From Dehalococcoidia bacterium (GTDB lineage Bacteria; Chloroflexota; Dehalococcoidia; GIF9; AB-539-J10), in contig JBATUN010000023.1 of assembly GCA_049671165.1 (NCBI GenBank), positions 11,722 to 75,721 on the forward strand: 64,000 nucleotides of DNA, written 5' to 3'. Position 1 is the stretch's first letter; each line of letters begins with the position of its first letter. Shown here in pieces: positions 24,967 through 34,804 of the stretch. The position numbers and the translations under genes are program-made. Below the pieces are notes generated by a model. The model had not been told where the DNA came from, did no database searches, and worked only from the letters and a program-made list of their open reading frames with translations.

Positions 24967-27900
24967 TTACTTTTCCAGGTCGCATCTTAAGCAACGCTTA
25001 GCCTCTTGTCTCGCTTTTTCCTCAGAGAAGCTCAATTCTATCTCTTTAAAGCTACCTTTCCTCTCCTGGAGAGGAAGATGAGGTATTTCTGGTCTGAATT
25101 GTGGTTCCCAGCTTTCCTCTTCCTCTCTGCTTATTTCTTCCTCAATAACGCTGGGCTTAAGGTCGTATATCTCGACCCGTGAGGTGTCGCCCCGGAGATA
25201 CTTGTCTATAGAGATGGCCCCTCTCCGGCCAGCCGCAATAGCCTCTATGACCATGCCTGGCCCGGAGACAAAATCCCCACCGGCAAAGACCCCGGGAACA
25301 TTAGTAGCTAATTTGTTTTCATTCACAGCCAGCCTTTCCCATCGAGTACGCTCAAGAGCACTATCCGGAGGTAAAAACGACAGGTCTGGAGCTTGCCCCA
25401 CAGCGGCAATGACGCTATCTGCTGGAGCAAAAAACTCTGAGCCGGAAACAGGAATTGGGCGACGACGCCCGCTGGAGTCGGGCTCGCCCAGCTTCATTTG
25501 GACGCACTGTAAACCGGTCACTTTCCAGTTGTTGCTTACTATGCGGGTGGGACTGACGAGGAAATTAACCTGGATGCCCTCGGCCACAGCCTCGTCGTAC
25601 TCGACTTCGGTTACTGGCATCTCCTCTCGTGACCGACGGTAAAAGATATTCACCTCATCGGCACCGAGGCGAAGAGCTGTTCGAGAGGAGTCCAAGGCTA
25701 CATTACCACCTCCAATGACAGCCACTCTGCCTCCAATCTTGACAGGCTTGCCAATCTTTGCATCCCTGAGAAATCTCAGACCATAGTAGAAACCTTCGAT
25801 GTCCTCCAATTCTCCGGGTATGCCAATGTTCTGGCTCCTTTGTGCTCCCGCAGCGATGAAGATGGCTTCAAAGCCACTGTTTCTGATATCTTCTATGGTG
25901 AAATTTACGTTGATTGGTGTGTTGTATTTTATTTCCACTCCGCGCTTCGCGATATAATCGATTTCCTTTTCGATAACGTCCCGCGGCAAGCGAAAGTCGG
26001 GTATAGCTACCGAGAGCATGCCGCCGCCTAGTGGGAGGGCTTCAAAGAGGGTGACAGGATAGCCCATTTGAGCCAGGAAGTAGGCGCAGGACAATCCTGT
26101 AGGGCCTGCTCCTACTACTGCTACTTTTTGGCTGTGAGTCTGGGGGAAGGGTTCTGGTGGAGGTAACTCCGCGACGTGGTCAAAATACCAGTCGGCAGCA
26201 AAGCGTTTGAGCGCCCTGATAGCTACAGGGTCGTCGAGTTCCCCGCGGCGACATCTTCCCTCGCAAGGGTGGTGACAGATGCGGCCGCAAATAGCAGGGA
26301 AGGGATTGCGCTCCCTGATGGTGTTGACAGCCTCCAGGTACTCACCATCGGCAATTTGAGCTACATATTTGGGAATATTAATTCCCACCGGGCAGGTATG
26401 CTGACATGGTGATATCATGAGGGCATCGCACACGGCGGCAGCGCATTTCTTTTCCCTTATGTGCGTTTCATATTCATCTCTGAAGTACTCGAGGGTGGTA
26501 AGCACAGGGTTGGGACAAGTCTGTCCCAGACCGCAGAGCGAACATTCCTTGACCGTTTTGGCTATGGTAAGCAGAGTATCCATATCCTGTTCATGCCCTT
26601 TGCCCTGAGTGATTCCGGTCAGTATTTCCAGTAGTTGTTTGGTTCCCAAGCGGCAAGGTACGCATTTCCCGCAGGACTCAGCCTGAGTAAAACTTAAAAA
26701 ATACCTGGCCACATCCACCATACAGGTGGTCTCGTCCAGTACCACCATGCCGCCGGAGCCCATAATTGAGCCTAATTTAGCCAATGTTTCATATTCCACG
26801 GGGGAGTCGAGGAATCGAGCAGGGATGCAGCCACCTGAAGGGCCACCCGTTTGCACCGCTTTAAATTGCTTGCCCCGCGGAATACCACCCCCGATATCAA
26901 AGATGATGGTGGATAAGGGAGTGCCCATAGGCACCTCCACCAATCCACTGTTGGCAATTTTCCCTGTGAGGGCAAAGACAGCCGTTCCTTTGCTCTTCTC
27001 CGTACCTATATTGGCAAACCAATCAGCACCTCGGTCAATGATAATGGGAATGGAAGCCAGACTTTTTACATTGTTAATAGTAGTTGGCATTCCTTCCAGG
27101 CCTGATTGGGCGGGAAATGGGGGGCGGGGACGAGGCATGCCCCGTCGGCTCTCGATGGAAGCCATTAGAGCTGTTTCCTCACCACAGACAAAGGCCCCGG
27201 CGCCCTCTTTGACATGCACCGTAAAACCGAAGCCAGAGCCGAGAATATCTTTGCCCAAAAAACCCCTTGCCTGGGCTTGCTCTAAGGCAGTGTGAACTCG
27301 CTTTACTGCCAACGGATACTCAGCACGGACATAGATATAACCCTCGTTGGCACCGATAGCATATCCGGCAATGGTCAGCCCTTCAATAACAGCGTGGGGA
27401 TCTGCTTCCAGTATGGAGCGGTCCATAAAAGCACCGGGATCGCCTTCATCGGCATTGCAGATTACGTATTTCTTTGCTCCGTGAGCGCTGCGGCAAAATT
27501 CCCACTTGCGACCGGTGGGAAAACCAGCGCCACCCCGCCCTCTAAGCCCAGAGTTCTTGACCTCAGTAATGACTTGCTCTGGTGTCATCTCAAGGAAAGC
27601 CTTTTTCAGCGCCTGGTAACCTCCACGAGCGATATAATGCTCGATTTTTTCCGGGTTGATTTGCCCGCAGTTGCGCAGAATGAGACGCTGCTGTTTTTTG
27701 TAGAAGTTTATTTCTGAATAGTGCGGTATTGCTTTGCCTGTTACCGGGTCGTGGTAGAAAAGGCGTTGCACAGGCTTGCCGTCTCGAAGATGAGAGGTGA
27801 CAATTTCCAGGGCATCCTCGGCCTGGACGTGGGTATAGAGAATACCCTCGGGTTCAATAACTACATTAGGGCCCTGCTCGCAGAATCCGTGACAACCAGT

Positions 27901-28029
27901 GAAATCCACCTCGGCATCGCTTATCCCTTGCTGGCTTATTTCTTCCTTGAGCGCCTCGTAGACAGCATCGGAGCCGCTGGAAAGGCATCCTGTTCCCTGG
28001 CAAACAAAAACAGTATGATGGTTTTGCAT
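24967..28029 (-). CDS. NuoF-like NAD(P)H-binding FMN / Fe-S flavoprotein fused to two 4Fe-4S ferredoxin domains and a GltD-like FAD/NAD(P) oxidoreductase (HylB/SfrB-like electron-input subunit)
   Basis: N-terminal thioredoxin-like 2Fe-2S, 'GRGGAGFPTGRKWEF' (FMN site), 'ESCGKCVPCR' (4Fe-4S), two CxxCxxCxxxCP clusters, 'VAVVGAGPTGLSCAYFL' and a 'VIGGGNVA' Rossmann motif. Confidence 0.9.
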   Translation of the reverse strand: MQNHHTVFVCQGTGCLSSGSDAVYEALKEEISQQGISDAEVDFTGCHGFCEQGPNVVIEPEGILYTHVQAEDALEIVTSHLRDGKPVQRLFYHDPVTGKAIPHYSEINFYKKQQRLILRNCGQINPEKIEHYIARGGYQALKKAFLEMTPEQVITEVKNSGLRGRGGAGFPTGRKWEFCRSAHGAKKYVICNADEGDPGAFMDRSILEADPHAVIEGLTIAGYAIGANEGYIYVRAEYPLAVKRVHTALEQAQARGFLGKDILGSGFGFTVHVKEGAGAFVCGEETALMASIESRRGMPRPRPPFPAQSGLEGMPTTINNVKSLASIPIIIDRGADWFANIGTEKSKGTAVFALTGKIANSGLVEVPMGTPLSTIIFDIGGGIPRGKQFKAVQTGGPSGGCIPARFLDSPVEYETLAKLGSIMGSGGMVVLDETTCMVDVARYFLSFTQAESCGKCVPCRLGTKQLLEILTGITQGKGHEQDMDTLLTIAKTVKECSLCGLGQTCPNPVLTTLEYFRDEYETHIREKKCAAAVCDALMISPCQHTCPVGINIPKYVAQIADGEYLEAVNTIRERNPFPAICGRICHHPCEGRCRRGELDDPVAIRALKRFAADWYFDHVAELPPPEPFPQTHSQKVAVVGAGPTGLSCAYFLAQMGYPVTLFEALPLGGGMLSVAIPDFRLPRDVIEKEIDYIAKRGVEIKYNTPINVNFTIEDIRNSGFEAIFIAAGAQRSQNIGIPGELEDIEGFYYGLRFLRDAKIGKPVKIGGRVAVIGGGNVALDSSRTALRLGADEVNIFYRRSREEMPVTEVEYDEAVAEGIQVNFLVSPTRIVSNNWKVTGLQCVQMKLGEPDSSGRRRPIPVSGSEFFAPADSVIAAVGQAPDLSFLPPDSALERTRWERLAVNENKLATNVPGVFAGGDFVSGPGMVIEAIAAGRRGAISIDKYLRGDTSRVEIYDLKPSVIEEEISREEEESWEPQFRPEIPHLPLQERKGSFKEIELSFSEEKARQEAKRCLRCDLEK

Positions 28030-28030
28030 A

Positions 28031-28519
28031 CTACTCTCTACCCTCCCGATTTCTGAACAGCTGCTCTACTTTCTTCGGGTTCATATGACCATGGACGTGG
28101 TCACCAACGACCATATTAGGGGCCAGGGCACAAACGCCGATGCAAGCTACAGTCTCCAGGGTGTATTCCAAATCGGGGCTGGTTTCTCCCTCTTCTATAT
28201 CCAGCTGCTGTTTAACCAATTTCAGGATCGTCTTCCCTCCCCGCACATGGCAGGCTGTCCCCCGGCAAACCCTAACAACTTTTCTGCCCCGTGGCTGAGT
28301 GTAGAGCTGAGTATAAAAACTTATCACCCCTTGCACCTGACTGGGGAAAAGCCCCAGGCCTCTAGCTATGAGTGGCATAGACTGAGGAGGAATATACCCG
28401 AGCTCACTCTGGATTTTCTGCAGTAGCGGTATTAGTGCCCACCTCTGCTGACTGTATTCGGAAACAATTGAGTTCATCCGTGCCAGGTCAGCCTTCGTGA
28501 TTGTCTTCGCTTTATTCAT
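28031..28519 (-). CDS. NuoE-like thioredoxin-fold [2Fe-2S] ferredoxin subunit
   Basis: 'VCRGTACHVRGG' and 'VACIGVCALAPNMVV'. Confidence 0.85.
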   Translation of the reverse strand: MNKAKTITKADLARMNSIVSEYSQQRWALIPLLQKIQSELGYIPPQSMPLIARGLGLFPSQVQGVISFYTQLYTQPRGRKVVRVCRGTACHVRGGKTILKLVKQQLDIEEGETSPDLEYTLETVACIGVCALAPNMVVGDHVHGHMNPKKVEQLFRNREGRE

Positions 28520-28599
28520 GAAGCTCCACCCTTTCTATTCTCATATTAAGTAGCCTGGGAGCTTGTCCTCCATCCTTTTGCCGACGACAAGCCTTGGTA

Positions 28600-31275
28600 T
28601 TACAACCTCTCTATTTTCACTCTGCATGATTTCAATGAAGGCGCTTTTGTTTCCGGGTCTAAAACAATGTCGAATAGCTCGCTAACCGGAGTCTCCGGGA
28701 ACGAAAATGGCATAAACAGCATCCCCTTACGCAATGTATCCCTAATCTTCACCATTGTAATCACCTCGCCCACAGCTGAGATTACCTTCACATCTTCACC
28801 ATCATTGATGACAAGGTTTCTGGCGTCAGATTCACAAATCTCCACAAAAGACCGGGCGGAAAACCTCCTCAGGCGCCAAGCCCTTGAACTCCTGTTACCA
28901 GTGCCAAAGTGATAAAGGGTAGTCCCGGTGAGCAAGGTAAAGGGATAATCTGGTTTTCTCTTCCCTGCTTGTGGAATATATTCGATGGAGGAAAAACGGG
29001 CGAATCCCTTTAGGAGTTGCCTACCATAGGTGTGTCCTGTTTCCCCGTATGCTAACTCATCCTGTCTTTCGGAATCAGGATAGGCTTCGTATGAAGGAAC
29101 TAATTCCTCAATCTCACTCGTAACATCCTGCAAGGAGGAGAATGGGAATGGATAACCCATCTTATGAGCTAGGCGCATGACTATTTCCCAGTCTGGCAGG
29201 CTTTCACCAATAGGCTCGATGGCTTTGCGTACCCTATTTACCTTGCCCTCAAAATTAGTGAAAGTCCCCTCCTTTTCGGCAAAGCTTGCCGCTGGCAGAA
29301 CTGCATTGGCCAGTTTGGCCGTTTCCGTAAGGAACATATCTTGGACTACCAGGAAATCGAGAGAAGTCACGATCTCTGAAATGAGTCTCGGATTTGGAAA
29401 GCTCAAGACAGGATTTTCTCCTACAATATACATGCCTTTAATTTTCTCTCTTTTTGTCTGTTGCATAATCTCCAGGGCTGTTAATCCAGTCTCGGCCGGC
29501 AGGCTTACTCCCCAACATTTTTCGAACTTCCCCCTGGCCTCAGCATCGGCAACACTCTGATATCCCGGGAGGAATTTGGGCAATGTTCCCATGTCACAGG
29601 CGCCTTGTCCGTTGTTCTCTCTTTGTAGGGCATAGATGCCACCTCCCTTGCGCCCAATGTTTCCCGTCAGTAGTGCCAAATTTGCCAGGGCCCCCACACC
29701 ATTTGTTCCTGTGGTATGCTGTGTAATTCCTGTGCCATAGACAATTGCTGCCCGGCTTGCCCGAGCATAAAGTCGAGCGGCGGCACGAATTTCTTGATCT
29801 GTAACGCCAGTGATCTTCTCAACGTACTCTGGGGTATACTTTTTCAAGCTTTCGTTGAAGGCTTCAAAGTTGTCTGTTCTTCTGGTGACAAACTCCTCGT
29901 CCAGCAAACCTTCATCAATAATCACCTTGGCCAGGCCATTTATGAGAGCCACGTCAGTGCCGACTTCAGGTCGTAACCAAAGTTGGGCAAACAAAGAGAG
30001 CCTTGTCTGCCGAGGGTCTATCAACAATAATTTGACACCGCGCTGTTTAACAGCGCGCTTGATGGCATAACCGACGACAGGGGCTGAGGAATCGGGATCA
30101 GCCCCGATGACCAGTATAAGATCGGTCTGCTCCAAGTCACTAAGATAACTTGTAGTGCCGGAGAAGCCAAGGGAAGATCCCAGGGCGACACGACTGGCAG
30201 AGTTGTACAAGCGACTGCCATTATCAATATTGTTGGTGCCGAGCACGGTCCTGGCGAATCTCTGCAGGACATAGTTATCTTCGTTGGTGCACTTGGATGA
30301 CCCTAGAACGGCTAGGCTGCCGGAACCTCGCTCGTCCTTTACTCGCTTGAGTCCAGTAGCTACTTGCTCCAGGGCTTCTTCCCATGACACCTCCTCAAAA
30401 GCGTTGTCCCTCTTGACCAATGGCTTGGTTAGCCTGTCCGGGCTGTGAACGAAATCACAGCCGTAGCTTCCCCTTACACAAAGCGCGCCGTGATTTACTG
30501 AGTCCTCCTTACCGGGTACGACTCGCACGACTTGATTATCCTTAACTTCCAAGCAGATGCTGCACCCGCAGCCACAAAAAGGACAAGTCGTTTCCGTCGT
30601 AGCCTTAGTCGTGCCGCCATACATCCTATCCTTTTCCATTAATGCGCCTGTAGGGCACAGCGCCACGCAGGTTCCGCAAAAAGTACACTCAGAGTCTTCC
30701 AGGGGCAAATTGTCCAGTGTCGCCGGTATGGTCGTAAATCCCCGTCGAAAGTAGTCGATGGCACCTTCAACGACTAGTTCCTGGCAGGCTCGAATGCATT
30801 TGGCGCACAGTATGCACTTGCTCAAATCCCGTTCAAGGAAGGGATTGACCTCCTCAATGCTGGCTATCTGGGGAATCCGCTGCAACTCCACCAATCCGAT
30901 GCCCAGGCCTGAGGCAATTTGGCGTAGCTGGCAGCGATTGCCTTTATCGCATACCAGGCAGGAATCGGGATGGCTGGTAAGCATCAGCTCAACTACGGTC
31001 TTACGGCGCTCTATTACTCGCGGGGAATGCGTGTTGATCACCATTCCCAATGCTATCGGTGTAACGCAAGACGCGAGCAAGGCTCCGTTTTGTTCGTTCT
31101 CTACCAGACAGACGCGGCAAGCACCGGTCGGAGACAAGTGGTTATCGTGACAGAGTGTAGGAATTTCTACGCCTGATTCTTTCGCCAGTTCCAGGATGGT
31201 CATCCCTGGGTAGCCACTTACCTCACGACCGTCAAGAGTAATGGTTATCGCCTGCAAACCAATGTCCTCCTTCAT
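28600..31275 (-). CDS. Formate dehydrogenase alpha / NuoG-like molybdopterin oxidoreductase with N-terminal 2Fe-2S and 4Fe-4S domains. The start was moved to the internal ATG before 'MKEDIGLQAITITLDGRE'
   Basis: 2Fe-2S ferredoxin-like N-terminus, CxxCxxCxxxCP clusters, 'CPFCGCGCSI' and molybdopterin-binding domains. There is no in-frame TGA, so it is not a selenoprotein. Confidence 0.85.
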   Translation of the reverse strand: MKEDIGLQAITITLDGREVSGYPGMTILELAKESGVEIPTLCHDNHLSPTGACRVCLVENEQNGALLASCVTPIALGMVINTHSPRVIERRKTVVELMLTSHPDSCLVCDKGNRCQLRQIASGLGIGLVELQRIPQIASIEEVNPFLERDLSKCILCAKCIRACQELVVEGAIDYFRRGFTTIPATLDNLPLEDSECTFCGTCVALCPTGALMEKDRMYGGTTKATTETTCPFCGCGCSICLEVKDNQVVRVVPGKEDSVNHGALCVRGSYGCDFVHSPDRLTKPLVKRDNAFEEVSWEEALEQVATGLKRVKDERGSGSLAVLGSSKCTNEDNYVLQRFARTVLGTNNIDNGSRLYNSASRVALGSSLGFSGTTSYLSDLEQTDLILVIGADPDSSAPVVGYAIKRAVKQRGVKLLLIDPRQTRLSLFAQLWLRPEVGTDVALINGLAKVIIDEGLLDEEFVTRRTDNFEAFNESLKKYTPEYVEKITGVTDQEIRAAARLYARASRAAIVYGTGITQHTTGTNGVGALANLALLTGNIGRKGGGIYALQRENNGQGACDMGTLPKFLPGYQSVADAEARGKFEKCWGVSLPAETGLTALEIMQQTKREKIKGMYIVGENPVLSFPNPRLISEIVTSLDFLVVQDMFLTETAKLANAVLPAASFAEKEGTFTNFEGKVNRVRKAIEPIGESLPDWEIVMRLAHKMGYPFPFSSLQDVTSEIEELVPSYEAYPDSERQDELAYGETGHTYGRQLLKGFARFSSIEYIPQAGKRKPDYPFTLLTGTTLYHFGTGNRSSRAWRLRRFSARSFVEICESDARNLVINDGEDVKVISAVGEVITMVKIRDTLRKGMLFMPFSFPETPVSELFDIVLDPETKAPSLKSCRVKIERL

Positions 31276-31309
31276 AACCCCGCAGGTGGGCGTAAGGCAT
31301 CCCGCAGGG

Positions 31310-32140
31310 TTACTTATTCTTCTCTTGGCCCTCTGGCCAGTTGGCAGACACGTAGGCAAAAGACCGAGGGAAATACCTTCCTTCACCTACTGTCCTTATA
31401 CCAGTCAAAAGGTCAGAACTGGCAGCGCTTTTGGCAATGAAGCCGCAAGCTCCTACCTGCTTAGCAACAAACATGTTCTCCTCTTCGTCATATTGGGTTA
31501 GAATCAGAACCTTTGTCTGTGGATATTCCTCAGTTATTCGTTTCGTTGCTTCAAGTCCGCTCATCACCGGCATAACTATATCCATCACCGCTACATCCGG
31601 TGTGAGACGCTGCACTTTGTCAATGGCATCTTGCCCGTCAACGGCTTCACCTATTACTTCCATGTCTTTTTGGAGACTCAACAGGGCACAAATTCCTTCC
31701 CTGACTACAGAATGGTCATCTACCACCAGCACCTTGATTCTTCTCAGCGTCTTATCCAGGAATTTCTCAGCCCAGGCCACCAGTGAAGCTGACTCGACTG
31801 GCTTGATCAAATATTGTTCGGCTTCAAGCTTCAGGCCTTCATCCATACGCCACCCCTTAATCAGACGCTTCTCTGATGAGGCATCAACCACAATGAGGGG
31901 CACTTCTCTGAAATTGGGGCTCTGTTTCAACCACTGATGCAGCAAGAAGGCATCTCCACGTGGCATTATTGTGCCCAATATGATCAGGTCGGGTTTTTCG
32001 TGAATCGCTACCTTCTCTGCCTCTGATCTGTTGCCGGCAGTGAGCACCTGCCAACCTTTTGCCAGTAATTTGGTTTGCGTGTCCGCAATGAATTCCGACT
32101 CGTCATCCACCAGCAGAATTTTAGCCTTCGTTTCCATCAT
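31310..32140 (-). CDS. Response regulator with two tandem receiver domains and no output domain
   Basis: 'ILLVDDE...D(L)IILG' and 'VLVVDDHSVVREG...DVAVMDIVMP'. Confidence 0.8.
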   Translation of the reverse strand: MMETKAKILLVDDESEFIADTQTKLLAKGWQVLTAGNRSEAEKVAIHEKPDLIILGTIMPRGDAFLLHQWLKQSPNFREVPLIVVDASSEKRLIKGWRMDEGLKLEAEQYLIKPVESASLVAWAEKFLDKTLRRIKVLVVDDHSVVREGICALLSLQKDMEVIGEAVDGQDAIDKVQRLTPDVAVMDIVMPVMSGLEATKRITEEYPQTKVLILTQYDEEENMFVAKQVGACGFIAKSAASSDLLTGIRTVGEGRYFPRSFAYVSANWPEGQEKNK

Positions 32141-32358
32141 TCACCCCCTTAACAAATACACATTCTTTAGAGTTATTTCAGTCTCCTCCTATAAAGTGTA
32201 ATGAGTGGCGTGCCGAAGGAATAGAGGTGTTCACCCCAGAAGATAAGGAAATACCACCGCAATTTTCTACGTTTGATCGCTCATTTATATGGACAATGCT
32301 CCCCATTAGTGGGGTATAGGAAACAAGGGGGTGTCGTGAAGACTTCAGGGCAATAATC

Positions 32359-33012
32359 TCAGACGGTGATAATGCCCTTGCGCAGGGCATATTTGAACAG
32401 GTCAAGGCGGTTGTGAATATCCAACTTTGCCATCAGGTTGGTCTTGTGTCTTTCTACAGTTTTGGGACTAAGGACCAGCATTCGGGCTATCTCAAGAGTA
32501 GAGTGCCCTTCTACTAGCAGTTTTAGTATTTCTCTCTCTCGGGCGGTCAGATGTTCGAAGGTATCCCTGTTCTTTCCTACTCTGGCTAGCTGTCGATAGT
32601 CATCGACTAAGAGTCTGGCTATGGATGGAGATAGGAAAGAATCCCCGCGGTACACAGACCGAATAGCTGAGGTGAGCTCTGAGGATGCGGATGCTTTACT
32701 GATGAAACCATTGGCCCCAGCTTCAATAACGGGTAATACATATTCCCTATCTTCGTACTGGGTCAATACTATCACTTTTGTCCCCGGGAACTTCTTACGT
32801 ATTCGGCGAGTCGCTTCCAGTCCATCCATAAGAGGCATGATTATGTCCATAAGCACTATGTCAGGCGAGAGCTTGGTAACCATTTCCAGCGCTTCTCTGC
32901 CATTGGTGGCCACGCCTATTGCTTCTATGTCCCCGGTAAGAGCAAGTAAAGCACAGATACCATCACGCACGATGGCATGGTCGTCAGTTACCAGTACTCT
33001 TATCTTCGCCAT
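32359..33012 (-). CDS. NarL/FixJ-family response regulator (REC plus LuxR-type HTH)
   Basis: 'IRVLVTDDHAIVRDG', 'DIVLMDIIMP' and C-terminal 'LTAREREILKLLVEGHSTLEIARML'. Confidence 0.9.
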   Translation of the reverse strand: MAKIRVLVTDDHAIVRDGICALLALTGDIEAIGVATNGREALEMVTKLSPDIVLMDIIMPLMDGLEATRRIRKKFPGTKVIVLTQYEDREYVLPVIEAGANGFISKASASSELTSAIRSVYRGDSFLSPSIARLLVDDYRQLARVGKNRDTFEHLTAREREILKLLVEGHSTLEIARMLVLSPKTVERHKTNLMAKLDIHNRLDLFKYALRKGIITV

Positions 33013-34288
33013 ATCTAATGTCTTGACTCATTGGAATCTTGGCCCAAACTGTAGTTCCTGCTGCAATCCTGGACTCGACGCCGCTGGTCCCGCCGAGGAA
33101 GCCAATCCTTTCTCTCATACTGAATAATCCACGGCCTCGCCCACTCTCCTCTACATCGGTGAGTTTGGAGACATCAAATCCCTGCCCGTCATCTCTAACA
33201 ATTAGTGAAAACTCATGTGGTTGATACCCCAGCACTATGGAAGCATTCTTTGCTTTGGAATGCTTGACAATATTGCCGATGGCTCCCTGAATAACGCGAA
33301 AAAGAGCAGCCTCTACGTCCGGAGGAAATCGCATCTCAGTCCCATTGACCTCCACTGTTACGTTAATATTTAAGGGCTGAAGGCTATTCTTGACATGCTG
33401 GCGAACAGCAGCGACTAACCCCAGCGTATCCAATACGGTAGGGTGGAGATTGGAAATCACCCTGCTTACCTCCTTATGTACATGCACCGTCAGAGATTGA
33501 ACTTTCTTCAGACCAGCAATGAATTGAGGATCTTGGTTACCGGATTGCGCGGATATTTCGATCAGCGCTTCTAGTTGAAGTGCTATCCCAGAGAGCGATT
33601 GACTAGTCTCATCGTGTAGTTCACGGGCAATCCTCCTTCGTTCTTCTTCCTCTGCGACAAGATTCTGTCGTGCAAGTTTGCGTAATCTTTCCCGTGCTTT
33701 TCTCAGCCGCTCGTTCAGTATTGCCTGCTCGATGGCTGTGCCAAGTTGGTCCCCAATCGAGTGCAAAAGATGCACGTCTTCTTTGGTGAAGCGATGTGGC
33801 ACATAGCTAGCAACATTCATTACTCCCAGAACATTATCTTTGGCTCGGAGGGGGACGCTGATGAATGCTCTCAAACCCTCTGAACTTATCAGGTCAACGC
33901 GAGCGGCATCTGGTTCTGAGGAAATGTCCTCCAGCAGCACTGCCCTGCCGCTTTGAGCTACCTTTCCTGCGATTCCTTCACCAAGTTTAAGACGCATCTC
34001 TTCAGTATACTTATCAGACAGACCGTGATAAACACGGTAGGACAGCGTCTGATTTGTTTCATCCAGGAGCATTATTCCTCCCACGGTTCCGTTCATGATG
34101 CTAAGCACATTATCGAGGCCAATCCCGAGAATAGCATCCAACTCATGCAGCCCGCTTATTGCCGCAGAGACTCGACTCAAAGCCACAAGGTCATGATAAT
34201 GTTTCTCAGCCGTGCCGCCCTGATCAGATAGAATCAAATCAGCACTAGCTGGACCGGCAGCTTTCTCAACTCCATCACCGTTGTTCAT
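32984..34288 (-). CDS. Cytoplasmic sensor histidine kinase (GAF + HisKA_3 + HATPase_c)
   Basis: GAF-like N-terminus, H-box 'RELHDETSQSLSGI' and ATPase 'DDGQGFD...GRGLFSMRERIGFLGG'. Overlaps the regulator gene by 29 nt. Confidence 0.9.
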   Translation of the reverse strand: MNNGDGVEKAAGPASADLILSDQGGTAEKHYHDLVALSRVSAAISGLHELDAILGIGLDNVLSIMNGTVGGIMLLDETNQTLSYRVYHGLSDKYTEEMRLKLGEGIAGKVAQSGRAVLLEDISSEPDAARVDLISSEGLRAFISVPLRAKDNVLGVMNVASYVPHRFTKEDVHLLHSIGDQLGTAIEQAILNERLRKARERLRKLARQNLVAEEEERRRIARELHDETSQSLSGIALQLEALIEISAQSGNQDPQFIAGLKKVQSLTVHVHKEVSRVISNLHPTVLDTLGLVAAVRQHVKNSLQPLNINVTVEVNGTEMRFPPDVEAALFRVIQGAIGNIVKHSKAKNASIVLGYQPHEFSLIVRDDGQGFDVSKLTDVEESGRGRGLFSMRERIGFLGGTSGVESRIAAGTTVWAKIPMSQDIRYGEDKSTGN

Positions 34289-34559
34289 TGTCCTTACTTC
34301 GCCAAAGCAGCGTTACATTTAAGCCTATACAAAATCGTGACCTTTTGCAACCTCTTGTGTTTGCTGCAATGCCACTGGTGGCAGAGTGATTCATTAATGA
34401 CATACAGGGTGGCGAGCCACAATAGGAAATGGGCTATTACTTGATGAAAGTGAAGATTTGGTTGCGAACTTGTCCTCGGCAAAACCAGCGGACTTTATGG
34501 AGGTAAATGAGTGGGGTAGGGTATCGTTTTGTCCTTTTGGAGTGTTGCCTATTGCTTAT

Positions 34560-34650
<91 letters not shown>

Positions 34651-34651
34651 G

Positions 34652-34739
34652 CGGAGAGGGTGGGATTCGAACCCACGCTCCGATATAATCGGAGACCGCT
34701 TTTCGAGAGCGGCACCATAAACCACTCGGTCACCTCTCC
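34652..34739 (-). tRNA. tRNA-Ser (anticodon CGA), type II, directly abutting the previous tRNA
   Basis: Acceptor GGAGAGG/CCTCTCC, anticodon stem CCGCT/AGCGG with loop CTCGAAA, long variable arm and T-arm GTGGG-TTCGAAT-CCCAC. Confidence 0.85.
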
Positions 34740-34804
34740 TGAAGCTAATTATGAGGGTCGTAACTTTACATAAACCAATTTTGCCAATAATGCTTTTCAA
34801 CAGC

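Noticed and set aside
28600-31275. Possible selenocysteine (TGA recoding plus a SECIS element) in the formate-dehydrogenase-like gene
   Set aside because: The reading frame is continuous with no in-frame TGA, so this is a non-selenoprotein form.
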